Origin: an uncultured Candidatus Saccharibacteria bacterium
GTDB lineage: Bacteria; Patescibacteriota; Doudnabacteria; UBA920; O2-02-FULL-48-8
Reading direction: 5' to 3'
Assembly: GCA_964605735.1 (NCBI GenBank)
Contig: CAZSDS010000001.1
Span: forward strand, 198,771-262,770
Length of the DNA: 64,000 nucleotides
Below the pieces are notes generated by a model that ran no database searches, was not told where the DNA came from, and was given only the letters and a program-made list of their open reading frames with translations. Position numbers and translations under genes: made by a program. Positions within the stretch are counted from its first letter, which is position 1. The number at the start of each line of letters is the position of its first letter. Of this stretch, positions 40,893 through 50,502 are shown piece after piece.

Positions 40893-42032
40893 TTATCTCA
40901 ATTCTGCGTTGTAAATGGCCTTGGTTTGCTCGTAAAGCTTGCTTTGCAAAGGGTCAACTTCTTCCGTTTTCAGCGTTTTATCCGGACTTCTGTAAATAAC
41001 CCGGTAAGTGTAACTGATCCTGTCAGGCCCGAACTTTGCCTCATTCTCGTATTTATCAAGCAGAGCCACTTCCTCCACCAAATCCCCACCAATGTCACGA
41101 ATCAGGTCAAAGTAATCATTTGGTATAAAACTTTTACTGACAATAAATGAAATGTCCCTGGTTATTGGCGGATACTTGCTGACTTCCTGGAATTTCTGCC
41201 CCAGTTTGAGTTGTTTGATGACGCGAGGGTCCTCTGACCAAAGCAGGCGTATATCCGGCAAAGCCATGCTGATTATTGCCAGTCTTTCCAAACCAAATCC
41301 AAATGCCCAACCATTATATTTTTCAGGATCAACGCCGAGTTTTTGCAAGACGCTGTCTTTGACCACGCCACTTCCCAGGACTTCAACCCATTTGCCGTCA
41401 ATTTCAATTTCCATTTCAAGACTCGGGTCCGTGTACGGGAATTTATCCTCGTTTATGCGATATTTCACACCTGGGCCGAATACAGCCTGGACAATCTTCA
41501 CTAACACCCCACTAAGGGTTTCCCTGTTTATTTCTTCTTTGTCCTTTGGGGCCAGATACCAGCCATCCATCTGGTGGAAAATATTCATGTGGCGCCTGTC
41601 GATTTCATCCTTGCGGTATACCTTGCCATAGCAGAAAGTGCCGAAGGATTCTCCTCTTGCGATTTTTTCCTTAATCTCCGGCTGGTTCAGGTAGTAGTAC
41701 CACATGACAGTGGTGTGGGTGCGCAAAATATTTTTCTCATCCACGTAATAGGTGTCAGATTTGCTTCGCGCCGGGTGGTCTGCCGGAAAGTCGAATAAAT
41801 CAAATGTAATGTCAGTCGGTACTATTTCCGGAACCTTGATCAAGTCAAAATTTTTAAACTCAGGTATGTTGATGATCCTTTGCGCAATTTCGTAAATGGG
41901 ACTGGATGGCGTCCGGGACAAATCAGGCATGTTCAAAAAGCGCTGCATGCGCAGGCTTTCAGGATCTTTTTTTGTTTCAAGATATTTACGAAGCTGTGCT
42001 TCCTGTCCTTCAATGACTATTTCGTTTCTCAT
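40893..42032 (-). CDS. pheS: Phenylalanine--tRNA ligase catalytic domain fused to an FDX anticodon-binding domain
   Basis: HPAR...DT, LRTHT, FHQMDG, FPYTDPS.E and GWAFGFGLERLA, then SKYPPITRDISF...TYRVIYRSPDKTL...ELR. Confidence 0.9.
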   Translation of the reverse strand: MRNEIVIEGQEAQLRKYLETKKDPESLRMQRFLNMPDLSRTPSSPIYEIAQRIINIPEFKNFDLIKVPEIVPTDITFDLFDFPADHPARSKSDTYYVDEKNILRTHTTVMWYYYLNQPEIKEKIARGESFGTFCYGKVYRKDEIDRRHMNIFHQMDGWYLAPKDKEEINRETLSGVLVKIVQAVFGPGVKYRINEDKFPYTDPSLEMEIEIDGKWVEVLGSGVVKDSVLQKLGVDPEKYNGWAFGFGLERLAIISMALPDIRLLWSEDPRVIKQLKLGQKFQEVSKYPPITRDISFIVSKSFIPNDYFDLIRDIGGDLVEEVALLDKYENEAKFGPDRISYTYRVIYRSPDKTLKTEEVDPLQSKLYEQTKAIYNAELR

Positions 42033-42053
42033 GGTTCAGAGTTAATGCAAGCT

Positions 42054-42494
42054 TTAGGATTTTACCATTTCAGAGGAAAATTCGCTACCCAGAGGGGCGT
42101 CATCCTTTAGGATGAGAATTCCACGGCTGTCTGAGGTAAGCCCGAGCTCTTTTCCGGAACAAATCATACCTTGTGACTCAATGCCACGGATTTTGGCTTT
42201 CCCCAATGTAAAAGGCTTTCCTTCAGGGTCATGCTGGTCATGTGGAATTATAGCCCCTGGCAAAGCTAAAGGAACAATAGCTCCCGCCTCAAAATTCCAG
42301 GCTCCGCAAACTACCGGGCCTATTGTTTTTTGCCCGTCAGTTAGCTCCACTACGCGAAGGCGGTCGGCGTTTGGGTGCTTCTCAACCTTTGTAACTTTAG
42401 CCACTATGATATTAGGGAAACTTTTATTAACGTGCTTCCCTGAGTTATTATTTCCATTTGAAAACAAATTGACTAACCAGTCTGCAATATTCAT
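42054..42494 (-). CDS. Stand-alone tRNA-binding OB domain (PheT B2/YtpR-like)
   Basis: KHPNADRL, VVCGA.N, ALPGA and KIRGIESQGMICS.KELG motifs. Confidence 0.88.
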   Translation of the reverse strand: MNIADWLVNLFSNGNNNSGKHVNKSFPNIIVAKVTKVEKHPNADRLRVVELTDGQKTIGPVVCGAWNFEAGAIVPLALPGAIIPHDQHDPEGKPFTLGKAKIRGIESQGMICSGKELGLTSDSRGILILKDDAPLGSEFSSEMVKS

Positions 42495-42495
42495 T

Positions 42496-43233
42496 TTATT
42501 GGCATTTAAAGAAAATAAATCTAGGCAACCTTGTGGCATATTCTAGCTTAGGGTGGGTTTTTAGGAAAGAGTCCGGCAATTCATGGGGCTCCACGATGTT
42601 TGATATGGAAAACCCTGCGTTAGCCAGAGATTGCGCATACTCCCCAATGGTCCTGTGATAATGGGTTAAATCAGTTTTGAAGTGGCTCTCAAAGCGTCCT
42701 TTTTTGTGGGAATAGTAATCAAACATCAAGGCTCTTGGTCTGGCAAAAGTCATCTTGTTCCAGAAACTTTTATACAGCGCGGCTGTTGGCTGGTTAAAAG
42801 CTGGATGCAAAACTGAAAAAATCAGGTGACCGCCTGGCTTGAGTAGCCTCTTAGCATCTGCCAGGAAAGTGTCGATTTTCTGCATATGCATCAGAAGCAT
42901 ATTAGCTAAAACCAAGTCGAAGGATGAGTCCTTGAAATTTGATTTATCCATCAAATCCTGAACTTCAAATTTTATGTCTGGGTATTTTTGCTTGGCAATC
43001 TTTATCATTTCCGCAGACCCGTCCACCCCTATCACCTTGGCTCCGCGTTTTTTTAGCCAATTCGAATAATATCCATTGCCGCATCCGGCGTCTAAAACCA
43101 GCTTTCCACTGCAATCAGACACCAAGACTTCCATTGCGCTGTCAATTAAAAGCGTCCGATAGGTATTTTCTTGCGCAATATCCTTGTCCCAACCAGCTGC
43201 CGCATCTTCCCATTTAATCAGATCAGAATTCAT
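42496..43233 (-). CDS. Class I SAM-dependent methyltransferase
   Basis: VLDAGCGNG, FDLV and LKPGG.L.FS..HP motifs. Confidence 0.9.
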   Translation of the reverse strand: MNSDLIKWEDAAAGWDKDIAQENTYRTLLIDSAMEVLVSDCSGKLVLDAGCGNGYYSNWLKKRGAKVIGVDGSAEMIKIAKQKYPDIKFEVQDLMDKSNFKDSSFDLVLANMLLMHMQKIDTFLADAKRLLKPGGHLIFSVLHPAFNQPTAALYKSFWNKMTFARPRALMFDYYSHKKGRFESHFKTDLTHYHRTIGEYAQSLANAGFSISNIVEPHELPDSFLKTHPKLEYATRLPRFIFFKCQ

Positions 43234-44211
43234 TTATTGTACGATAATTGTTCCAGTTATGGCCGGATTCAGGTGGTCGTGATACGTAAAAGTTCCTTTT
43301 TCTGTGAACTTGAAACTATAGGTCTGGTTTGTGGCCAAAATTCCTGACTCCAAATCCGGCAGAAGAATATGGGTAGGATGGGGATCAGAAGCAATTTGAT
43401 GGCTGTTAACTTCTTTGTTGGTCCATACAACAGTGTCTCCGGCGTTGACAGTAACCTCTGCCGGGTCAAACTTGCTGTTCATAATACTTACCTGCACCGT
43501 TTTGACCTGAGGACCTACTTTACTGATCGTTGTTATGGTGGGTTCATGCAAGCCATGGGTTTGCTTGTTGGCGGAAATTTGGCTTTTTCTTACTTCTGTC
43601 ATTTTAAAGCCTGGGGTCAGCGGGTCATACTCATTGGCAATTTGGGAACCGTCATGGTAACCCGCCTGCTCCGCTTCTTTCCTCGGGTCAGTATATTTTT
43701 TGGTTGGATTAGTAAGATAGATCTTTACTTCGTCCCCGTCTGCAAGCCCGTCCCCGTCTGTATCGTTTACTTTGGGATCTGTCTGCTCCACAAATTCGTC
43801 ATAGTTGTTCAATCCATCATTATCCGGATCAGCCTTGTCCCCGCAAGTATCCTGATCAGAGCATTGTTCAACCCCAAAGTACTGCATCAAAAACACTTTT
43901 GGAAGTTTTGATTCTTCCAGACCATTTGACGAATTTCCCGGCGTTGACCAAAGCAAATAATAGGCTAATCCGCCCAGTGCGGCCAAAATAACCACGGACA
44001 AGAATATGTATATGCCTTTGCCGCTTTTGGCTGGCGTATCTTCTGTTGGTAAATTTTGCTGGTCTTCCTCTGGCTCTGCAGAGGGGATTCCCTGCAGTGG
44101 GCCTTCACTGGAAACCAATTCACCGCCCGCATCCTGAGGCATGACAGCAAAATTTAGGACATCTTGGTTTTCGTTTTCAGAATCTTTCATTGAATCGTTT
44201 TTGTCACTCAT
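43234..44211 (-). CDS. Membrane protein with DxDxDG Ca-binding repeats and a cupredoxin-like domain
   Basis: One TM; DPDNDGL, DTDGDGL.DG.E; F.P....V..GDTV.W.N, SDPHPTH and YHDHLNP motifs. Confidence 0.8.
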   Translation of the reverse strand: MSDKNDSMKDSENENQDVLNFAVMPQDAGGELVSSEGPLQGIPSAEPEEDQQNLPTEDTPAKSGKGIYIFLSVVILAALGGLAYYLLWSTPGNSSNGLEESKLPKVFLMQYFGVEQCSDQDTCGDKADPDNDGLNNYDEFVEQTDPKVNDTDGDGLADGDEVKIYLTNPTKKYTDPRKEAEQAGYHDGSQIANEYDPLTPGFKMTEVRKSQISANKQTHGLHEPTITTISKVGPQVKTVQVSIMNSKFDPAEVTVNAGDTVVWTNKEVNSHQIASDPHPTHILLPDLESGILATNQTYSFKFTEKGTFTYHDHLNPAITGTIIVQ

Positions 44212-44623
44212 AGTTTTGATCGCTTAAGTTTGTGTTTTTGTTTGCTTTTCGAGAATTATAGATAAAGAAAATTTCCAGGAATAAGAGGGCGCCAACTAGA
44301 AATAACGAATTTACCCAGGTAAACAGTCCGTGCGCCTGCAAAATTAAACCAGTTATAAAGCATATCGCTATCAATGCCCCCTGTCTTAACGAAACTATAA
44401 AGTGCCTTTTTGCCATTTCTCGTACGCCGAATCGCTGGCGAAAGGAGTAAAGCAGGAAAGCCAAAGTGAATAGGACAAACAGGCCTGAGGTGAAATAAAA
44501 AAGTACAATATTGGTCAGCTTTTCATTAGGATCAAGCGAGTAAATTAACCAACCAGTGCCAGCCGCAGACAGCAAAGCCATAAGCAACAGGAAAAATTTA
44601 TAGACAACGTTTATTTTTAGCAA
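44204..44623 (-). CDS. Hypothetical 4-TM membrane protein
   Basis: Four hydrophobic segments; SLRQG motif. Confidence 0.75.
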   Translation of the reverse strand: MLKINVVYKFFLLLMALLSAAGTGWLIYSLDPNEKLTNIVLFYFTSGLFVLFTLAFLLYSFRQRFGVREMAKRHFIVSLRQGALIAICFITGLILQAHGLFTWVNSLFLVGALLFLEIFFIYNSRKANKNTNLSDQNYE

Positions 44624-44678
44624 TTTTTGGTTTTCCTAGCTCATTAATTATACCAAAAATCACGGCTAAACGCGAAAT

Positions 44679-47666
44679 TTACCTGGCTTCGTAGTCTCGA
44701 TATTGGCAATCATGGGATTTCTTTTTATCCAATTCATAGAAGCTGTCCGTTTTGATTGTTTGAACGATCTGCTCTATGTTCTCCAGAAACTCAGATTTGA
44801 TTTTTTCAATGTCATCCTGCGTACCCGCAAACTCGATGATGTTGTTCAGGTCCTCAAGATCCCAGTAACTCAGGTTATTGACTTTCTTTTTCAGGAAATC
44901 CTGAGCAGCCCACTGATAGCCTAAAAGCTGTTTTTTATCCACTTTTTCAAGCTTGGTGCGCGCTTTAGCGCTTGTTTTGTAATCGATAATATTAATGCTA
45001 CCATCAGGATTCTCGTGGAAACAGTCAATGACCCCTACGTACTTGTACGGGCCAAGTTTTAGCTTGAAGAATTTTTCTGTTTCCGCTGGAATAATTTGCC
45101 TTGCAGTTACCTGGTTGTAATAATTTTCCAGCAATCTGAAGCCTCTTTTGCGGAATTTATCCTTATCCCATTTGCTCTCATACCAGTCGTCTATCCAGTT
45201 TTCGTTATAAAGCTGGAAGAGTTTATCCAGAGGCGGATACTCAACCTTTTTTGACGGCTGTTTTCCAAAAAGATCAACTTGTTTAGCCGCGTTCATCTGA
45301 ATGATTAGTTGTGAGAAAAGCTGGATGGTTTTGTGAATAGTTTGTCCAAACGAAGTGTAAGAATTGCCTGGGGATGGCAATTGATACAGGTATTTGTATT
45401 TGAATTCTAGTGGGCATTTTAAAAAGCTGGAAATGCTGGTCCATGAAAATGATTCCGGGATAACCAAGTGGCTTTTGGTCGGAAGCGGCAGCGCTTCCTT
45501 TTGCTTAAATACAACTACGCCTGTTGGCGCAGATTTAGTTCCCACTGTTTCCAACTTGGTCTCGACAAGAAATCTGGAGGGTTTTTTGTTTGTACTGCCG
45601 CCGTAATCATCAGCCCAGGCAAGGTACAGAAATTGTTTTGCCCGGGTAAGCGCCACGTAAAACAGCCTTCTTTCCTCCATTAAGTGTATATCTCCCTCGG
45701 AAAGAATCTCCTTTATCAGTTTGTCCGGTAACTCAATCTGCTCTCGCCTGTCCCTGGACGGGAATCTCGCTTCCACCATGTTTACAATGAACACGCATTT
45801 AAATTCCAGGCCCTTGGAGGAGTGCACTGTCATCACCTTAACGGCTTCCGGCCCAATATTCGGGTCAAAAGCCAAATCGCCGGTATCTCCCGCGTCCAAT
45901 TCCAGCTTAATCCTATTCAAAAAAGCCTTAAGCGTTTTGTCATCGCTTTCAGTTTCAAAATACTGGGCTTTGGTGTAAAACTGCTGAAGCAGGCTTCTGT
46001 TTTCCACGTTCTGCACTGAATCCGCTGCCAGATCTTTGGTAATCTGCAGGTCTTCGAGTATTTTTATAAAAAGTTCAGAAACAGGCATATGCCTAGCCCA
46101 GTTTGTGTGCTTATCAAGCAAAATTTGAAGCTCTGCAAGTTTTTTGTAGGTTGATTCTGACACTGTTACGATCCCAGGAACCTGTTTTATCACCTCAAAA
46201 AGGGAAAGCGCCTTTCTCTTGGAAATCTGAGACATATTAATAAGATCTGCAGATTCTATTTTGAATTTTTTTATGTTCAGGATTCGGAAGAGGTTTTCGC
46301 TCTCGTGATAGTTGTCCAGAAGCTTAAAATATGCCAGCAAATCCAAGATAAAAGGTTTTTTATATAATCCCCGGTTTGCCACATACATGTATGGTATGCC
46401 GCGCTTGTTTAACTCGCTGATGAAAGGGTCAGCGTGATCGTTCGCGCGCACCAGAATGGCGAAATCGTTATAACCAAAGCCAAGGGTTTCCGTCAGCTCA
46501 ATTATTTTCTCCGCAACTACGCTTGCTTCTTGATGGACAGTTTGCGCATGCAAAACTTTGATTTCGCCTGCTTCCACTGAATGTGAAGCAAGTTTTTTAG
46601 AAATTTCCAGTTTAGTTTCCAGCCGTTCCGGATTGTTAAGCTGGATAAAATCATAGGCAAGATCCAAAATCTGCTGTGTTGACCTATAGTTGTCTGTCAG
46701 AGTAATATCCTTGGCTTCAGGAAAATCTTCCTTAAATTTTAAGATATTGGAAATTGAAGCGCCGCGGAATTTGTAAATTGACTGGTCATCATCACCCACC
46801 ACCGTGACATTATTTCGCGGGCTGGCGACCAGTTTAACCATTTCATATTGGGCAAGGTCAGTATCCTGAAATTCATCCACCAACACGTATTTGAACTTGT
46901 TCTGGTAATATTTCAGAATTTTTGGACGAGTTTGAAACAGTTGAACAGTGTAATTAATCAAATCACCAAAATCCAAATATCCTTGTTGCAGCAAGGTGTG
47001 TTGGTATTTATGGTAGGCGTTGGCGATTTCGTTTATTCTTTGAATCTCTGCATGGTCGAGTTCTGCGGTTGTTTTAGATTCGCTTTTTTTCGATTTCTTT
47101 TTTGGCTTTTTTTGGGTGGTGTCTGAGGATAAAGCGAGCTCCTGGGCATACTTCAGGTAAAGCTCTGGAGTTATTCCCTCCCCTTTTGCCTTCTGAAAAT
47201 GCTTGAGCAGTGAATGGATGAATTTATTGGGATTACCCATGGGGCGATAATAATCCAGGTCAAAATCATAAAGATTCTTTTGCATCAGCATCCAGGCCTG
47301 GGTTTCCGTCAAGACTTTGAAATCCCCTGGGAGCCCGATGTCCAGGGCGTGTTGTTGAAGAATTTTTTGCGCAAAAGCGTGGAAAGTGGAGATGCTAATT
47401 TCTGCATAGCCGAGAGGCATAAGCTGGTCGACTCGGTCGTTCATTTCCGCCGCCGCCTTTTCCGTAAAAGTCAGTGCCAGAATTTCCTCAGGCTGGGCCA
47501 AACCCTGTTCAATCAGCCAGGCAATGCGGCGGGTCAACACCGTGGTTTTGCCCGTGCCTGCACCCGCAATAATCAAAAGCGGGCCATTGCCGAATGAAAT
47601 AGCCTTTTCCTGCTTGGTATTTACTCCCTCCAGAATTGCTGATTTTTGCTTGAGTTTTTGGGGCAT
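44679..47666 (-). CDS. UvrD/PcrA-type helicase fused to a PD-(D/E)XK nuclease
   Basis: AGAGTGKT, VDEFQD, VGDDDQSIY.FRGA, TVHSSKGLEF and EERRLFYVALTRA; C-terminal G.ID...IIDYKT. Confidence 0.93.
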   Translation of the reverse strand: MPQKLKQKSAILEGVNTKQEKAISFGNGPLLIIAGAGTGKTTVLTRRIAWLIEQGLAQPEEILALTFTEKAAAEMNDRVDQLMPLGYAEISISTFHAFAQKILQQHALDIGLPGDFKVLTETQAWMLMQKNLYDFDLDYYRPMGNPNKFIHSLLKHFQKAKGEGITPELYLKYAQELALSSDTTQKKPKKKSKKSESKTTAELDHAEIQRINEIANAYHKYQHTLLQQGYLDFGDLINYTVQLFQTRPKILKYYQNKFKYVLVDEFQDTDLAQYEMVKLVASPRNNVTVVGDDDQSIYKFRGASISNILKFKEDFPEAKDITLTDNYRSTQQILDLAYDFIQLNNPERLETKLEISKKLASHSVEAGEIKVLHAQTVHQEASVVAEKIIELTETLGFGYNDFAILVRANDHADPFISELNKRGIPYMYVANRGLYKKPFILDLLAYFKLLDNYHESENLFRILNIKKFKIESADLINMSQISKRKALSLFEVIKQVPGIVTVSESTYKKLAELQILLDKHTNWARHMPVSELFIKILEDLQITKDLAADSVQNVENRSLLQQFYTKAQYFETESDDKTLKAFLNRIKLELDAGDTGDLAFDPNIGPEAVKVMTVHSSKGLEFKCVFIVNMVEARFPSRDRREQIELPDKLIKEILSEGDIHLMEERRLFYVALTRAKQFLYLAWADDYGGSTNKKPSRFLVETKLETVGTKSAPTGVVVFKQKEALPLPTKSHLVIPESFSWTSISSFLKCPLEFKYKYLYQLPSPGNSYTSFGQTIHKTIQLFSQLIIQMNAAKQVDLFGKQPSKKVEYPPLDKLFQLYNENWIDDWYESKWDKDKFRKRGFRLLENYYNQVTARQIIPAETEKFFKLKLGPYKYVGVIDCFHENPDGSINIIDYKTSAKARTKLEKVDKKQLLGYQWAAQDFLKKKVNNLSYWDLEDLNNIIEFAGTQDDIEKIKSEFLENIEQIVQTIKTDSFYELDKKKSHDCQYRDYEAR

Positions 47667-47748
47667 TGCCTCACTATTATGCCATACAAAATGAAATTAC
47701 CCCAAACAAGGCCTGGGGACAATTCATGACGCGAGAATTGGTTGTAAA

Positions 47749-48276
47749 TTATTGGTTTGAAGATCTTTTTCTGCCTGAGTTCCTTATCGGCATCAGGTAT
47801 TTCTTTGGGTCACTGTCCAGGTCCAAATACGAATCAGCCAACTCTCTCATCCTGGAGGAAGTGCTTTTCCCAAACGAGACAAGTTCCACCCGCTGACCCA
47901 AAATCTGCAGATATTCCAGGAGTGGGATAAAGTCACCGTCACCGCAACCAAGCACCACCACATCAAGTTTTGGGCTCAACTTTATGATATCCATTACGAT
48001 ACCCACATCCCAATCTCCTTTTTTTACCCCGCCATAATAACTCTGCAGATCTTTGAGTTTTAGCTCAAAGCCGGATTTTTTTACAGCGTCGAAGAAAGTC
48101 TGTTCTTCCGGCATTTGCGCTCTTATGCCATAAGCTATAGCCCGCACCAAAGGCCTCTCGCCAACGCCATCTTTTAAAATAGCTGAGAAATTTATTCTCG
48201 CGTTGTAAATATTTCTTGCCGAATAGTATAAGTTCTGAATATCCACGAAGAAACCGACTCTTTGTTCTGCTTTCAT
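47749..48276 (-). CDS. NYN domain protein (LabA/DUF88)
   Basis: FVDIQNLY, KGDWDVG and GDGDF.P motifs. Confidence 0.9.
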   Translation of the reverse strand: MKAEQRVGFFVDIQNLYYSARNIYNARINFSAILKDGVGERPLVRAIAYGIRAQMPEEQTFFDAVKKSGFELKLKDLQSYYGGVKKGDWDVGIVMDIIKLSPKLDVVVLGCGDGDFIPLLEYLQILGQRVELVSFGKSTSSRMRELADSYLDLDSDPKKYLMPIRNSGRKRSSNQ

Positions 48277-48280
48277 ACGT

Positions 48281-49324
48281 TTATTGGTTTATAAGTTTTT
48301 CAGTTTTAGATTCACTGGCCACAGCAGAAATTGGCTGTTCCTGCTTTTCAGCCTGCAATTCCAGAGTGGACGCGTTAATAATTGTTGTTTTAAGTTTTGC
48401 GTAATCCGAGCTGGCCACGTCCATGGCCCCGCTGGCGTTTTTAACATGTCTTAAGGCAGTATCAAAAGTTTTTTGGAATTTATCGCTTTCCTGTTTGATT
48501 CCTGCCACCATAGCCAAAATCTGGTGGGCAGCTTTGTTGATCTGCTGGCCACGCAATGAGAACAGGAAAGTCTGCAACGTCAAATACAATGTGTTTGGCC
48601 CGACAAAAACGACCTTCTTTTCCCTGGCGTATTTCATTGTTTCCGAGTCATCGGCGACTTCAATATATACCCCTTCGCTTGGGATGAACATTAAAGCAAA
48701 ATCATAAGTGTTTTCCTGAGGCAAAATATATTTTTTGGCAATTTCATCAATTCGCTTCTTTATATCGCGAATAAAGGTTTTCTTTAAACTCTCAGCCGCT
48801 TCGTCTGTGCTTGCTTCCTTATATTGCCTAAAATTTTCCATGCTGAATTTACTGTCTAAACAAATAATGCGATCACCTATCCTGACGATAGCATCCACAG
48901 TTTCGCCATTTTTGAATTTAACCTGAGTGTCATAAGCAGTCCGGGGAAGAACCAAACTTAACAAATTTTCCAGCATTTCCTCGCCAAAGTTGCCGCGCAT
49001 TTTAGGCGACGACATGGTCTCCGCAAGTCTTCTAATGTCCGGACCAATTTGCGAAACCCCACCAAGCTCTTTTGTCAGTGCCGCAATAACCCTTCCGGCA
49101 TTATCCAGTCTTTCATTAATTGCTTTGTTTGTTTCCTTTATTTCCCTCTCCATTGTTTCTTTAGTTGCTTCGGTTCCTGCCTTGATGTCGCGCATCCATT
49201 CAGTCATGACCCGCAGAGCTTCATTGTCCTGAGGTTTGGCTGAGCTTTGTTTCATATAATAAAACAAAGCAGCAAAACCCGCTGCCACCACCGCCAAAAG
49301 TATGTAAAATTGAGTGTTTTCCAT
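48281..49324 (-). CDS. rmuC: DNA recombination protein RmuC
   Basis: RGNFGE..LE, D...LDSKF, I..KYI.P..T.DFALMFIPSE motifs. Confidence 0.92.
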   Translation of the reverse strand: MENTQFYILLAVVAAGFAALFYYMKQSSAKPQDNEALRVMTEWMRDIKAGTEATKETMEREIKETNKAINERLDNAGRVIAALTKELGGVSQIGPDIRRLAETMSSPKMRGNFGEEMLENLLSLVLPRTAYDTQVKFKNGETVDAIVRIGDRIICLDSKFSMENFRQYKEASTDEAAESLKKTFIRDIKKRIDEIAKKYILPQENTYDFALMFIPSEGVYIEVADDSETMKYAREKKVVFVGPNTLYLTLQTFLFSLRGQQINKAAHQILAMVAGIKQESDKFQKTFDTALRHVKNASGAMDVASSDYAKLKTTIINASTLELQAEKQEQPISAVASESKTEKLINQ

Positions 49325-49468
49325 ATAAACCATTATACCAAAATTGCCGGAAATTCACCAAAAAACGCAGTTGCCAAACCGCATAAAAAGGTGTATATTG
49401 GTGTATCGCTCTTTGGCAAGATTTTTACAGCCCGTTAACCGGCAAACTGTGTTCGTATTGGAGGAGAA

Positions 49469-50470
49469 ATGAACGTAAGCTCGCCTGAAACGAAAAGCAA
49501 GATCACGGAACTTGGATTGAGTATTTCACAATACTCCAAACCCTTGCAAATTACACCCAAAACAATCCGTGACCGCCTCACAGAGCAACTCGTTCTTGAA
49601 TCGGATCTCGACGATCCAAAAAAGATTGCCAGTGTTCTTGGTCCTCTCCTGCACGAACAGAGAAGGATGAAGAGTGTGGAGGACTCCAGATCCGTTCGCG
49701 AGGTTGTCATCGGCTGGCTCAAGAAACTCCAAGAAAAGGGCTACAGTGATTGGGGTTCGAGAATCATCAATTTCGAGGAGATCACTGTGCCACTGGACGC
49801 GCCTGTTCTGCCTGAGCCGCACTACGAACCCGAAACCGTGTTCACGAGGTTCAAATCTGAGAACGGACACGCTCCGGAGCCGCGGTTCTCATGGTCAACG
49901 TGGTGGGACAGCAAGAAGGATGTTCTGGATATCCCAGGCACAGCCCTGCTTGTGATCGCACTGCTCCTGCTCATTGCAGCAAGACTCTGGTGGCCAGAGT
50001 GGCTGTTCATCACACTCGCGATTTCAGCCGTTCTAGCGCTTGCCTATTTCGTCGCAAGATCCACTGTAGTAAAGTCTATTGCTATGGCTGGACTCTTCAT
50101 CGTGGTTCTGGTGGGTGTCCTTTTGCTGATCCAGAAGTCCAGAGGGGACTCTGTGGTGGTAAGACACGGCGACACAACCTTGCCATCTGAAGCGAATCAG
50201 GCGGCAACCAAGGCAGACATCAACCAGGTCACGACCGCTCTAGGTTCGCAGATCGAAAGCGTGAAAACCGAAGTCAGTGCGCTGAACAGCAAGGTTGAGG
50301 CCGTGGACAAACGCGTCACGGCAGTGGAGGCGAAAATCGCCAAACCTGCGCCACGCCGAACAGCTACTCCGTCAGCCAAACCAACCACCAAAGGAGGAGT
50401 CATCATCTACGACAAGACAGTCCGCGGCAAAACGCGGGTTATCCGCACGGAGACGATGACAAAAAAATAG
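49469..50470 (+). CDS. Hypothetical 3-TM protein with a C-terminal coiled coil
   Basis: TTGCCA-17-TATATT promoter, GGAGG SD and a terminator after the stop. Confidence 0.8.
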   Translation: MNVSSPETKSKITELGLSISQYSKPLQITPKTIRDRLTEQLVLESDLDDPKKIASVLGPLLHEQRRMKSVEDSRSVREVVIGWLKKLQEKGYSDWGSRIINFEEITVPLDAPVLPEPHYEPETVFTRFKSENGHAPEPRFSWSTWWDSKKDVLDIPGTALLVIALLLLIAARLWWPEWLFITLAISAVLALAYFVARSTVVKSIAMAGLFIVVLVGVLLLIQKSRGDSVVVRHGDTTLPSEANQAATKADINQVTTALGSQIESVKTEVSALNSKVEAVDKRVTAVEAKIAKPAPRRTATPSAKPTTKGGVIIYDKTVRGKTRVIRTETMTKK

Positions 50471-50502
50471 ACGGTCTTATGCCGTCTATTCACCCGCCCG
50501 CT

